A stretch of DNA of 64,000 nt from positions 23,376,001 to 23,440,000 of the forward strand of contig CM075989.1 of NCBI GenBank assembly GCA_038087875.1, read 5' to 3'. The stretch's first letter is position 1. Every line of letters starts with the position of its first letter. Position numbers and translations under genes: made by a program. Below the pieces are notes generated by a model. That model saw nothing but the letters and a program-made list of their open reading frames with translations, made no database searches and was not told where the DNA came from. Below, piece after piece: positions 1-12,466 of this stretch. The stretch comes from Malacoraja senta (lineage: Eukaryota).

Positions 1-227
1 CTGTAAACTATCTATTATCTATTATGTAATTTTCACCTACAGATTAGTTCAGTTTATTATTGTCACGTGTATCGAGGTACAATTGAAAGCTTTTTTGTTG
101 CCAGTGATTCAGTCAGCAAAAAGACAATACATGATTACAATCAAGTGACTTGGCCTTTTCTACAACTTACGAGTCCCTAAGCATCCAGTTACATTGTACA
201 CACACTGAAATCATGTCTCTTACATCC

Positions 228-580
228 CTGAAGGTGGAGTCGCAGGTAGATAAGGTGGTCAAAAAGGCTTTTGGCATATTGGCCTTCATCAGCCAGAACA
301 TTGAGTGTAGAAGTTGGGAGGTCATGTTGCAGCTGTATAAGACGTTGGTGAGGCCACATTTAGAGTATTGTGTTCAGTTCTGGGCACCGTGTTATAGGAA
401 AGATGCTGTCAAACTGGAAAGGGTGCAGAGAAGATTTACGATGATGTTGCCAGGACTAGAGGGTGTGAGCTACAGGCCGAGGTCGAGTAGGCTGGGACTC
501 CATTCCTTGGAGCGCAGGAGGATGACAGGTGATCTTATAAAGGTGTATAAAATCATGAGAGGAATAGATCGGGTAGACGG
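228..580 (+). mobile_element. CR1-clade LINE fragment (HER1-like), ORF2 C-terminus
   Basis: Translation LYKTLVRPHLEYCVQFWAP..KLERVQRRFT..LERRRMTGDLIKVYKIMRGIDRVD is the typical CR1 ORF2 end. Confidence 0.92.
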
Positions 581-1024
581 CTCTCTGCATCGTAAGGATG
601 CTGAGGGATTACATTTTTACAGAGTCATCTGTTGGGCAATGGCTTGGTAGTGTGTCAGTTATAACACTTTCAAGCTCCAAGAATGTGCAATGAATAAATC
701 TAAATAAATCCCCGTGGCTGTGGAAAGAAAAAGCAACATCAAACTGTCATTTTGACATTTAATAAAGAGCCACACAATTATTGTGGTTGCAAGGGGGAAT
801 TCTTTCATTGCAACAGAATAGATGGGAATTAATTGTCCACGAGACAAAAATATTAGAATGCCAATAATGCCTTATCAGAGAGAGAAAAGCAATGGTAGCT
901 CCAGGTCTTGGAGTCACTTGTGCTCTTCAGTCTTCAATGTGTCTTGGATAAACTGTGTATTATCTCATTGTGACACAGTAGCAAAGTTGTTGCCTCATAT
1001 CGCCAGAGACCCAGGTTTGATCCA

Positions 1025-2095
1025 AAATAGTGAAAGGCTTGGATAGAGTGGATGTGGAGAGTGGACCAGAGGTCCCAGCCTCAGAATTAAAGGACGTTCT
1101 TTTAGGAAGGAGGTGAGGAGAAATTTCTTCAGTCACTCCCACTCACTCCTTTCCTTCAATTTTTTCAGGGTGGTGAATCTGTGGAATTATTTGCCACAGA
1201 AGGCTTTAGAGGCCATCAGTGGATATTTTTTAGGTAGAGATAGATTCTTGATTTGTACAGGTGTCGGAGGTTGCCACATTATTACGCAGTAAAAAATAAT
1301 AGTTCATATCAATTGATGGAATTGCTGTAAGACGAGTTTCAGAGACAGCTACCCTGCTACCATGTGATGTATTGAACACTAAAGGCTTAACATTGTTTAA
1401 TGTTGAATCCTTAGACACAGACGGCTGTGGAGGACGTCAATGGATATTGTTATAGATAGATTCTTGGTTAGTACGTGTGTTAGGGGTTATGGGGAGAAGG
1501 CAGGAGAATGGGGTAGGAGGGAGAGATAGATCAGGCATGATTGAATGGCAGAGTAGACTTGATGGGCCGAATGGCCTAATTCCACTCCTATTCCTTATGA
1601 TCTTATGATCTCAGGAGCCGTCTGTGTTCTTTCCATCAAATGCAGAGTCTCGTCATAAGTTCATAAGTGATAGGAGCAGAATTAGGCCATTCGGCCCATC
1701 AAGTCTACTCCACCATTCAATCATGGCTGATCTATCTCATCTCCTAACCCATTCTCCTGCCTTCTCCCCATAAACCCCTGACACCCAAGAGTACTCTTGC
1801 CCAAAGTTGGGGGAAATCAAGAACCAGAGGACATAGATTTAAGCTGAGAGGGGAAAGAATTAATAGGAAGCCTTAGGGAAACCTTTTCACACAAAGGGTG
1901 GTGGGGGCGTGGAACGAGCTGCCGGAGGAGGTAGAGGCATTATCGCAATGTTTAAGAAACATTTAGACATTTATTATCCAGGCACATGGATAGGACAGGT
2001 TTGGAAGGATATGGGCCAAACGCAGGTACAGGGGGCATGTTGGTTGGCGTGGGTAAGTTGGGTCGAAGGGTCTGCTTCCACAATGTATGACTCGG
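1025..2095. mobile_element. Cluster of CR1 3' end/3'UTR fragments (mostly +; inverted copy at 1655-1790)
   Basis: Recurrent CR1 segments gtggtgaatctgtggaatt, ggggagaaggcaggagaatgggg and gatgggccgaatggcctaattc, plus their reverse complement. Confidence 0.8.
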
Positions 2096-2310
2096 ACTGT
2101 ATCTGCAGTTGCTCGTGTGCATAGGACAGAGGGGTCCGTGTGGGAGTAAGTTACTCCAACATTGTTCTACACAAGGTTTCACCCTCGCCAGTCGCTTGTG
2201 TCTCTATTGTTAATTTTAGGCGACCGATGCAAAAATAAGGTGCGGTGGCTCCACCTCTGGTGGGAATAATAACTGCGGCATGAAAGATATATGTGTTTTA
2301 AATATATACA

Positions 2311-2364
2311 GGGGTGGGAGATTGCAACCTTCACGTGGTCCAAGCTGTTTCGACGAATGCAATC
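2311..2364 (+). ncRNA. Minimal HDV/CPEB3-like ribozyme fold (this copy has 2 P1 mismatches)
   Basis: P1 GGGGUGG/CCAAGCU, P2 GAUUGCA/UGCAAUC, P3 ACC/GGU, L3 UUCACGU, GU, minimal P4 UUCGA, J4/2 C-GAA. Confidence 0.75.
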
Positions 2365-2449
2365 AACCTGGCATGCACAAACAGAAGATCAAACAGAACA
2401 AGTTGTCTTACAACTTTAGGCTGTGCACGCCATACACAAGAAGAAGAAG
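2311..2449 (+). mobile_element. Short retroposed element with HDV-like ribozyme head and (AAG)n tail
   Basis: Flanked by aatatataca (2301-2310) and aacatataca (2450-2459); ends in aagaagaagaag; structured body. Confidence 0.75.
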
Positions 2450-3327
2450 AACATATACATAATAATGCATAATTATGAAGAACTTTAAAATGGTGACAAA
2501 TTTAAGTACTTACTGAGTAAAGGTTATGTCAATAAGGGCCGATGGATAAATCTGTAGCTCAAATCTCCACCATAATGTCCTTCAAATAGAAATATCCTGA
2601 GCATGGTCATTATGGATAAAAACATGGTGAACAAGAGGCCTTGAATGAAGGCTGTCTTGCATCTACATTTTCATCCTTCTCGCTCGTGCTAATCAGCTTT
2701 TCAGGTTCACATTTCACAGTTAACAGGCTCTGTTACAGGGATTAGCTTGCCATGGCAAAGACTTTTATCTCCTGCTGTCAGTGTGAGTAACTAATCGCGA
2801 TCAACCAACAACTGCGACAACGTGTACAGTTGAAGCTCTGTAACTCTTCAGCTCTCAAAGCATCAGGACCAGTCTGCTCTTCATCAAAGCAACTTCAGCT
2901 GCGTTACTCAAGGACGCTTCTCCTGATCCTTGTCATATCAGCAGAGCAGAGAGAACAAGAAGGCAGTTAGTTAATGATTGCTCTAATTACGATCCGCGCT
3001 TTAAAGTTACACGGTCAGTGAAAGAGAGTGACGTACACAGGCAGACTGGCGCTTCGTACACACAAGGCATTATCTGCCCAATATCCAATCATGTCTCCCT
3101 ATTTATCTGCAAGAAGCGACAAATAACCTAATCCTTCATAATTCCACTTTCCACGATTCTTTGGGACTTTTCTTTGGGAGTGATACAATCCATTCGTATG
3201 GCAGAATGAATTAAATGTAAATCATGTTAATCTGGATTGAATTTGATCTCTGAATGATATAGTGTGCTGCTGTCCAGACAGCACCCACATTAGATCCACA
3301 GCGGATGTCTGGAGACATCTGCAGCTT

Positions 3328-3613
3328 TAATTTAGTTTAGTTTACTGATACAGCGTGGAAACAGGCCCTTCGGCCCACCGAGTCCGCACCGACCAGTGAT
3401 CCCCGCACACTAACACTATCCTACACACACTAGGGACAATTTAACCGAACCAATTAACCTACAAACTTGTACGTCTTTGGAGTGTGGGAGGAAAGTGGAG
3501 CACCCGGAGAAAACGCAGGTCATGGGGAGAAGGTACAAACTCCGTACAGACAGCGCCCATGGTCAAGATGGAACCCGGGTCTCAGGCGCTGTAAAGCAGC
3601 AACTCTACCGCTG
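3328..3613 (-). mobile_element. tRNA-derived SINE (HE1-like)
   Basis: Reverse complement of the SINE at 4449-4768, with (aaact)n tail. Confidence 0.88.
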
Positions 3614-3769
3614 TAGATGCAAAGAGAAAGTGGAATTTATTTCCATTATTCTTTCTCAATGTTAACAACTTTAAATTTAGTCAGCCATCAGTACACTTGA
3701 TCTTTGCATTATAAGGCATCCAGCAGACCAAAGCTGATACCAATGGGTTCTACAACATTAACAAACGAT

Positions 3770-4218
3770 ACAACTTTATTTATCCCAGGAGGGAAATTGA
3801 TCTGCCAACAGTCAGAAAACACAAGATACATGAATACAAGTTACATAAAAATTAAAGTGACAAGTGGAAAGGATTGGGGATGTGCAAAGATTGGGGGAGG
3901 GGGGGGGGGGCGGAGGGAGAGGGGAGTCAGTCTACCCCACGACAGAAGGGGGAGCAGTTTGATAGCCACAGGGAAGAAGGATCTCCTGTGGCGTTCTGTC
4001 CTGCATCTTGGTGGAACCAGTCTGTTGCTGAAGGTGCTCCTCAGGTTGACCAGTGTGTCATGGAGGGGGTGAGCTGTATTGTCCAGGATGCTCCGCAGTT
4101 TGAGGAGCACCCACCCCTCCAAGTCCACGCCCCATGAATCCAACTCCGCCCCCAGGACGGAGCCAGCCTTCCTGATGAGTTTGTGGGTCCTGTTGGTGTC
4201 CGCCTTGAACACCGACAA
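3770..4218 (-). mobile_element. Rex1/Babar-clade LINE 3' fragment
   Basis: LRSILDNTAHPLHDTL..RLVPPRCRTERHRRSFFPVAIKL is the typical Rex1/Babar RT C-terminus. Confidence 0.82.
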
Positions 4219-4448
4219 AGATATTCAATCACCTGCACTGCTTCAAAATGTTGGATCAACAGGGCACCGTCACACAATGAACTTCAAGCTTAATCAAAAC
4301 ACAAAGCACTGCGGAAACTCAGCGGGTCACGCAGCATCTGTGGAGGGAATGGGCAGATGACGTTTCCGGTCGGGATCCTTCTCAGGATAGGGGGGGGGAG
4401 AAAGATGTAAAAGAGGCAAAGGTAGGCGGGTGATAGGTAGATTTTGTG

Positions 4449-4768
4449 GGCGGCCACGGTGGCTCAGCGGTAGAGTTGCTGCCTTACAGCGCATGTAGCG
4501 CTGGAGACCCAGGTTCGATCCCGACTACGGGTGCTGTCTGTACCGAATTTGTACGTTCTCCCCGTGACTGCGTGGGTTTTCTCCGAGATCTTCGGTTTCC
4601 TCCCACACTCCAAAGACGTACGGGTTTGTAGGTTAATTGGCGTGGTATATGTGTAAATAGTCCCTAGTGTGTGTAGGGTAGAGTTAATGTGCGGGGATTG
4701 CTGGTCAGTGCGGACTCGGTGGGCCGAAGGGCCTGTTTCCACACTGTATCTCCAAGCTAAACTAAACA
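4449..4768 (+). mobile_element. Full-length tRNA-derived SINE (HE1-like)
   Basis: Pol III A box tggctcagcgg (4460-4470), B box ggttcgatccc (4512-4522), CR1-like tail gggccgaagggcctgtttcc, (aaact)n end. Confidence 0.92.
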
Positions 4769-5523
4769 GATGGGGGGGGATTTGATTGGCACATGGGCGG
4801 AGTAAGTCTAAAAGCCATTCAGCAGGGGCACAGGCCCTTTGGCCCAACATGCCCATGTTGACCAAGATACCCCATCTACTCCCAATCCCACCTGAATGCC
4901 TTTGGCCCATATTCCTCTAAAAACGTTCCCATGCATGTATCTTTCCAAATGTTGTGATAGTGCCTGCCTCAACTACCTCCTCCATCAGCTCGCCCACCAC
5001 CCTTTGTGTGAAAATGTTGTCTCTCAGGTTCCTATGAAGTAATTCCCCTCTCACATCAAACCTATGTCCCCTGGTTCTTGATTCCCCTACTCTGTGGCTG
5101 TGCATCTACCCCATGAGGCAGTAGCTCTACCATCTGCGTCACAGGGACCACTTATTAATTTGAGGGGGAAAATAAAATTAAACATCAAGAAACTTCTGAT
5201 GCACAATATTTTCAGTTGCTTTGCCTTTAAAAGTATTCGCAGGCAATGCATGATGATGAAACTGTGAAAATAAAATTGGATTTTAGTACTGTGAAATAGG
5301 TTCCTCCAGCCAGCAAGACATTGCCTCAGGCTAGGTGCCGTCTATTGCCAAGCAGCTCACATTAACCTGGCACAACCCTGAATACTCATCTGATCTCAGA
5401 AATTCCCAGGCACCATCATCCATTCCACCTACACACCAGTCAGATTTAAATCCCTCCCAATACACACATTTACTTGAGTTTAGTTTATTGTCACATGTAC
5501 CGAGGTACAGTGAAAAGCTTTTA

Positions 5524-5962
5524 GAAACATAGAAACATAGAAATTAGGTGCAGGAGTAGGCCATTCGGCCCTTCGAGCCTGCACCGCCATTCAATATGAT
5601 CATGGCTGATCATCCAACTCAGTATCCCGTACCTGCCTTCTCTCCATACCCTCTGATCCCTTTAGCCACAAGGGCCACATCTAACTCCCTCTTAAATATA
5701 GCCAATGAACTGGCCTCGACTACCCTCTGTGGCAGAGAGTTCCAGAGATTCACCACTCGCTGTGTGAAAAAAGTTCTTCTCATCTCGGTTTTAAAGGATT
5801 TCCCCCTTATCCTTAAGCTGTGACCCCTTGTCCTGGACTTCCCCAACATCGGGAGCAATCTTCCTGCATCTAGCCTGTCCAACTCCTTAAAGATTTTGTA
5901 AGTTTCTATAAGATCCCCTCTCAATCTCCTAAATTCTAGAGAGTATAAACCAAGTCTATCCA
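5524..5962 (-). mobile_element. Young CR1 3' end inserted in a Rex/Babar-type 3'UTR
   Basis: ORF 5619-5963 LGLYSLEFRRLRGDLIETYKI..FFTQRVVNLWNSLP; tail (tttctatg)n; near-identical to 15208-15592. Confidence 0.92.
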
Positions 5963-6029
5963 AGTCTTTTGTTACATGCTGTCCAGTCAGTGGAAAGACT
6001 ATACATGATTACAATCACCCGTCATCAGA

Positions 6030-6415
6030 AACTAACCCCATACACTGGTACTGTCCTACACACTAGGGACAATTTACAAAAGCCAATTAACCCACAAACC
6101 TGAACGTCTTTGGGATGTGGGAGGAAACCGGAGAAAACCCACGAGGTCGAACGGAGAACGTACAAACTCCGTACAGACAGCACCTGTGGTCAGGATCGAA
6201 CCCAGGTCTCCGGCGCTGTACGACAATAGCCCTACCACTGCACCACCATGCTCCGGTTTCCTCCCACACTCCAAAGACGTAGAGGTTTGTAGGTTAATTG
6301 GTTTGGAATAATTGTCCCTAGTGTGTGCAGGATAGTGTTAGTGTGTGGGAATCACTGGTCGGTACTGACTCGGTGGGCCACAGGGCCTGTTTCTGCGCTG
6401 TATCTCTAGAAATAA
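6030..6415. mobile_element. Inverted SINE pair (minus 6030-6250, plus 6250-6415)
   Basis: Minus-strand SINE body immediately followed by a plus-strand SINE 3' part. Confidence 0.82.
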
Positions 6416-6597
6416 ACGAAAATGCAAGCTTTTCTTCCTATGGTTTTTATGCTGCTTTGCTAATATAATCCAGCTGCTAATGAGTTTAGATGGACATAAT
6501 TATACTCAGTTTGAATCTAATCCCTGTTATTTTAAATCTCTTTGGATCAGACTCATCAGGTTTTTATTCCTGCACACTTGGGGACATGCATGTCCAT

Positions 6598-7052
6598 TTA
6601 GAGTCATAGAGTGATACAGTGTGGAAACAAGCCCTTCAGCCCAACTTGCCCACACCGGCCAACATGTCCCAGCTACACTAGTCCTACCTGCCTGTGCTTG
6701 GTCCATATCCCTCTGAACCTGTCCTATGTTTAATGTTTTATGAGTCATTCCTAACTGTCACTGTATGTCATGTTGTCACTTGCGGGCAGGGCACCAAGGC
6801 AAATTCCTTGTATGTGAATAAGTGGCCAATAAACTCATTCATTCATTCATTCATATACCGGTCTAACAGTTTCTTAAATGTTGTTATAGTCCCAGCCTCA
6901 ACTACCTCCTCTGGCAGTTCGTTCCATACGCCCTCCACCCTTTGTGTGGAAAAAGTTACCCCTCAGATTCCTATTAAATCTTTTCCCCGTCACCTTGAAC
7001 CAATGTCCTCTGATCCTCGATTCCCCCACTCTGGGCAGGAGACTCTGTGCAT
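6598..7052 (-). mobile_element. CR1 3' end interrupted by an unrelated LINE-like 3' tail with (catt)n (~6727-6855, +)
   Basis: CR1 3'UTR motifs on both sides; insert ends aataaa followed by ctcattcattcattcattc. Confidence 0.72.
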
Positions 7053-7654
7053 TTGATGGAGACGACTACCTCCAAACTCTCAGCTGGGGAATGGACACTT
7101 TCCCATCAACTTCATTAATGAACTGTGTCAAAAATAAAAGAATCTAATTACCCCTCAGCGAGAGCAAAATAACTTCACAGGCATTCACCCCCAACAGGAA
7201 TATTAACAGATGCTGAACACACAGGTGGTCAGTCCAACGTTCTTACATAATTGCCGCGCTAATCCATTCTTAATCACTTTATCTTCAGACCATAGAGCGA
7301 GCGTCACAATCTAATGACAATAATGGTCAGGCTCGTTGCCATCCATTGCTACGTAACTTTGATTTATAAAGAAAGACTTTAATTTCATGCCTTTCACAAC
7401 TTCAAAACACTTTGCAACCATTAAACCTCCTTATAACCAGTTTTGACAATTCACACAATGTGACCAATAATTACACAGAAACATCCCACCCCCATGATCA
7501 GATACTTTCGTTTAATTCCTAGTAGTTGAGACGTGAACACTGTGCTGGCCACTTAGGACAGAGTCATACAGCGTGGGAACAGGCTCTTCGGCCCGACATG
7601 CCCCATCTACACTGGTCCCACCTGCCTGCGTTTGGCCCATATCCCTCTCAACCT

Positions 7655-7873
7655 AAGATAGACACAAAATGCTGGAGTAACTCAGCGGGACAGGCAGCAT
7701 CTCTGGAGAGAAGGAATCGAGGCGAGACCCTTCTTCAGACGAGTCGCCGTTTCAGTTCGAGAACCGTCTTCATAACTAGTCTGAAGAACAGTCTCGACTG
7801 AAAACGTCACCCATTCCTTCTCTCCAGAGATGTTGCCTTTCCCGCTGAGTTACTCCAGCTTTTTGTGTCTATC
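7655..7873. mobile_element. Penelope-like inverted terminal-repeat pair
   Basis: gatagacacaaaatgctggagtaactcagcggg... and its reverse complement; hammerhead-like core at 7781-7808. Confidence 0.8.
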
Positions 7874-8339
7874 GAGTAGTTCAGCACTGCTCTCTGGTTG
7901 TGGCAGGATGATTCAGTTGCCTGGTATAATATGCTATACCACAGATTGAACAGGGCGCTGCGATAGAGGAACCGTCAGCGTGATGTGAATAAATATTGAA
8001 TGGCAGTGAGGGGAGTAGTGGAGATGATGAAAGGCAGGGAGAGGGAAGGCAAACAAATAGAAAGAACTGTGAGATGTATCAAGGGAAGAGATGAAAGGAC
8101 TTTGAGGTAAAGTAAAATGGATTGTGAAAAAAATAAGGAATGGAAGAAAAGGAAGGTTATCAAGGAAAATCAATAATGGAATGTGTTGAGAGGCTGGGAG
8201 GGGAATCAATCAGAGACAAAGGAGTTAGAAACTTTAAACAAATAACTGAGAGAAAGAACATTTGACTGCACTAAAATTGGGGAAATTACAACAATAGAAT
8301 TTTAAAATTAACATGAAATACTGGAATGTATTACTGGAA

Positions 8340-8633
8340 TAGTTTAGTTTAGTGATACAGCGCGGAAACAGGCCCTTCGGTCCACCGAGTCCATGCCGCC
8401 CAGCGATCACGGCACATCATCCTACACACACACTGGGGATCAATTAGATTTCTACCAAGCCAATTAACCTACAAACCTGTACGTCTTTGGAGTGCGTGAG
8501 GAAACCGGAGATCTCGGAGAAAACCCACGCAGGTCACAGGGAGAACGTACAAACTCCGTACAGACAGCACCTGTAGTCGGGATCGAACCAGGGTCTCTGG
8601 CGCTGTGAAGCAGCAGCGTCACCGTGTCGCCCT
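8340..8633 (-). mobile_element. tRNA-derived SINE (HE1-like)
   Basis: Reverse complement of the SINE consensus including the B box. Confidence 0.88.
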
Positions 8634-9087
8634 AACCAAAAATATGGTCTGTCCATTCCCTTCTACACATGTTTAAGAAGGAACTGCAGATGCTGGAAAT
8701 TCGAAGGTAGACAAAAGTGCTGGAGAAACTCAGCGGGTGCGGCAGCATCTATGGAGCGAAGGAAATAGGCAACGTTTTGGGTCGAAACGTTGCCTATTTC
8801 CTTCGCTCCATAGATTGACGTAAATAGGTGGTTGATGGTTTGCATGGAGTCAGTGGGCCGAAGGGCCAGTTTCTCTCTATGACTGGTTGGAATAACTTTA
8901 ACTAATTATCATTCTTGGTTTACTGTTCAGCTCTGTGTCTGCAATAACAATGACCAACTCAACACAGCTTTGTCACATCTGTGTTGCTGAAAGTACTTTG
9001 CATACAAATTCCTTCATGATTGATACAGTCTGAAGCAGCAACTGGCTGAAGAGCTGTACAGCTTTGCTACCTATTAATCTAATTTGC

Positions 9088-9455
9088 ATAGGGAGGAACT
9101 GCACACTCTGGTTTACACTAAAGATAGACACAAAAAGCTGGAGTAACTCAGCGGGACAGGCAGCATCTCTGGAGAGCAGGAATGGGTGACGTTTCGGGTC
9201 GAGACCCTTGTTCGGACTGATGTCAGGGGATTGGGCGATGCATAGATAAGAAAGTGTAAGGTGTGGAAACAGGACAAAGGGAATGGAGATCAAGGAAAAT
9301 GTAGAATAGATCACTTGACTCTGAGTCTGAAGAAGGGCCTTGACCCGAAACATCACCCACTCCTTCTCTACAGAGATGCTGCCTGTCCCGCTGAGTTACT
9401 CCAGCTTTTTGTGTCTATCTTCGATTTAAACCAGCATCTGCAGTTCTTTCCTACT
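9088..9455. mobile_element. Penelope-like inverted terminal-repeat pair
   Basis: Left arm 9088-9220 and right arm 9325-9455 are reverse complements; ctgaagaagggccttgacccgaaacatc at 9327. Confidence 0.82.
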
Positions 9456-9750
9456 CAATGTTCACAACGTTGGGGTGAAGGCTGCCCAAGCGAAATATAA
9501 GGTGCCACAAGCTCCCAGAAACAGAACATATGGTCTGATTCACTAACATTGGATGATGTTGTAGCTACAAAGAATGATTTATTGCCCAAGATATTCTGTT
9601 GCACCAGTTGTCCCACCAGCCTCCCAGGTGGGGAGTTTGCATTTACTTAGCACCTTTTATGACCTCAGCGTGCCACAATGCCTCTGAAAAAAATAATGAG
9701 CTTTTGAAATCCAGAATGCTGTCTGGTTTTGGGGCATTAGCTGCAAGAGG

Positions 9751-10050
9751 AGTTTAGTTTAGAGATACAGCGCAGAAACAGGCCCTTCGGCCCACCAACT
9801 CCGCGCCAACCAGTGATCCCCACACATTAACACTATCCTACACACACCAGAGACAATTTACAATTATACCAAACCAATTAACCTACAAACTTGTCCGTCT
9901 TTAGAGGGTGGGAAGAACTGGAGATCCCAGAGAAAACCCACGCAGGTCATGAGGAGAACGTACAAACTCCATACAGACAGCACCCGCAGTCGGGATCGAA
10001 CCCGGGTCTCTGACGGTGTAAGTGCTGGAAGGCGGCAACTCTACCGCTGC
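9751..10050 (-). mobile_element. tRNA-derived SINE (HE1-like)
   Basis: SINE consensus on the minus strand. Confidence 0.87.
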
Positions 10051-10663
10051 ACCTCTATAAAATCACCCCTCATCCTCCTGCGCTCAAAGGAATAAAGTCC
10101 TGGCCTAAAGTCCAACCTCGCCCTATATCTCAGGCCCTCAAGTCCTGGCAACATCCTCGTAAATCTTTCCTCTCGCATGGTGACCAAAACTGAACACCAT
10201 ACTCCAAATATATATACACTAAGGTCTTCCAATGTTCTAAAATATCTAGCGTTCTCAAAATACACTCTAAAAACATCATTCAATGAATACAGTATGTTCC
10301 AGCATGTAGCTACTTGCATTAGATAGTGAAGCATTCTGGTGCATGGTTTAACAGGGACTGCGTATCATCTGAGTCTTGGGAGGGCATTTGTTAGAATATT
10401 CTGTGAGCTAAGAATATCATTCTCACGCCATTTGACCTCCCCGTGAGAAAAGCAGGGCGAGGAACCAGTCCCAGCCAATCTCATTCCACTCCTTGGCCAG
10501 CTGCTAGCCGGGAAAACACTGGGATTCTACAGTGAAAGGCACTTGGCTTTCCCAATGCTCCCATGAGGAAAGTTGTTTTCCAAGGGTCCTGGCAACACCA
10601 CCATCACACGAACGCACACCGACAAGTCTCCACCCTTCACTTTACCCAGGAGTGACTTCAGAT

Positions 10664-10925
10664 TATTCAGATTCCTGGCTGCTATCAGGCAACTGAACCG
10701 TACTCTCACTAACCAGAGAACAGTCCTGACCTCCCATCCACTTCATTGGAGACACTCGGACTATTCATAAATCGAACTTTATCTTGCATTAAATGCTATT
10801 CCCTTTATCTGGTACCAATACACTGTAAATGGCTCGATGTGCTGCAGTCTTTCTGCTGACTGGGTAGCACGCAACAAAGGCTTTCCACTGTACCTCGGTA
10901 CACATGACCATAATAAACTAAACAG
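10664..10925 (+). mobile_element. Rex1/Babar-type LINE 3' end (abundant family)
   Basis: Family encodes RFRDSFFPAVIRQLN-like terminus, then a 3'UTR ending aataaactaaac. Other copies at ~45-150, 18288-18445, 23008-23282, 31500-31868, 34795-35015, 38137-38390, 40055-40490, 42605-42785, 60410-60600. Confidence 0.72.
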
Positions 10926-11299
10926 AGATTGAGTAGGGGGTGAGGGTGGGCACCACGACCCCCATGGCAAATGTTGTTTGGGAGTAAAGAATCGTGCCTG
11001 GAACACATTGCCAGGGGTGGTGGTGGAGGCAGATACAATAGTGGTGATTAAGAGGCTTATGGATAGGGCACATGGATATATAGGGTATGGAGTGATGTGG
11101 TGAGAAATAGACAATAGGTGCAGGAGGAGGCTATTCGGCCCTTCAAGCTAGCACCACCATTCAATGTGATCATGGCTGATCATCCCCAATCAATAGCCTG
11201 TTCCTGCCTTCTCCCCACAACCCCTATCTTTAGGAGCCCTATCTAACTCTCTCTTGAAAGTATCCACTGCCCTCTGAGGCAGAGAATTCCACAGACCCA

Positions 11300-11425
11300 A
11301 GGGCCTGTCCCACGGTGATTTTTTCGACAACTGCCGGCGTCATTTTTCGACTTTTTCGGTGACCTGACACGTCAGTCAATGATGCCGGCAGTCGCCGAAA
11401 AAAATCACCAAGTGGGACAGGCCCT
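11300..11425. mobile_element. PIF/Harbinger-type MITE inserted in CR1
   Basis: TIR agggcctgtcccac/gtgggacaggccct; 3-bp flanks cca/tca; CR1 text resumes after it. Confidence 0.8.
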
Positions 11426-12466
11426 TCACAACTCTCTGTGTGAAAAAATGTTTCCTCATCTCTGTTCTAAATGGCTTACCCCTTACCAACCCCCACCACC
11501 CACCCCATTTTAATCCAGTGGCTTGTTTCAGTTCCCCACCCAAAACTGGCAAGTCAGGTGACAAGACCAATGAGAAGATATTTAGATTACTTTAGAATGG
11601 AAACAGGCCCTTGGGCCCACCGAGTCCACACAGACCACTGATTCACATTAGTTCCATGTTGTCCCACTTTGGGCCAATGAGGGGGATATGGACCACATGC
11701 CGGCAGAAGGGATTAGTTTAATTTGGCAACATGTTCAGCCCAGACATCATTGACTGAAGAGCCAGTGATATTTTATGTACTATTGTTTGGGTTAGGGAGA
11801 AACAAGATTTCCATTAACCTGCCGTATTTGGAGGCTGCCTCAGAGATTTCTACAGACAAGAATCAGGAATACATTCACTGCAGGGTCAAACACAACCCAA
11901 GAACTAATTTAATCCATTCCTGTTGCAGCCGTTGTATAGATCAGTTGTTAAATTACATTCAGTACGGCACGAACACAAACACAAAACATGCTCAGCACAT
12001 TCCCGCGTGATTAATGGCTGGAAATACATTTTCTGAAGTGTGGTGATCGATCAGAGCAAGATCACGCAAACACAAAGATCTGCGGCGCCTCCGTCTGTGG
12101 CTAATCATGCCGCTTGTCCCATCCCCCCCCCCCCCAGAGACCCTAGACTCCGTCCCAGGATTCTGCCCCAGCCCCCCCCCCCCATTAGAACCTGCGCCAA
12201 AAACCAGCCTAAAGAAGACTCCCAACCTGAAAGGTCACCTGTCCATGTCTACAAAACCATGAGAGGAATAGATCGGGTAGACGCATTGGCCCAGAGCGGG
12301 GGAATCGAGGACTGGAGGACGTAGGTTTAAGGTGGGGGGGGGGGGGGGGGGGGGAGTAGGAGAGAGAGAGATTTCATAGGAACCTGAGGGGTAACTTTCA
12401 CACAAAGGGTGGCGGGTGTATGGAACAAGCTGCCGGAGAACTGAAGCAACTGTCCAGGATACATAA

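Noticed and set aside
4449..4530. tRNA genes
   Set aside because: A/B boxes belong to SINE heads; no complete cloverleaf
7960..8230. Purine-rich tract giving hydrophobic minus-strand ORFs
   Set aside because: Low-complexity composition artefact
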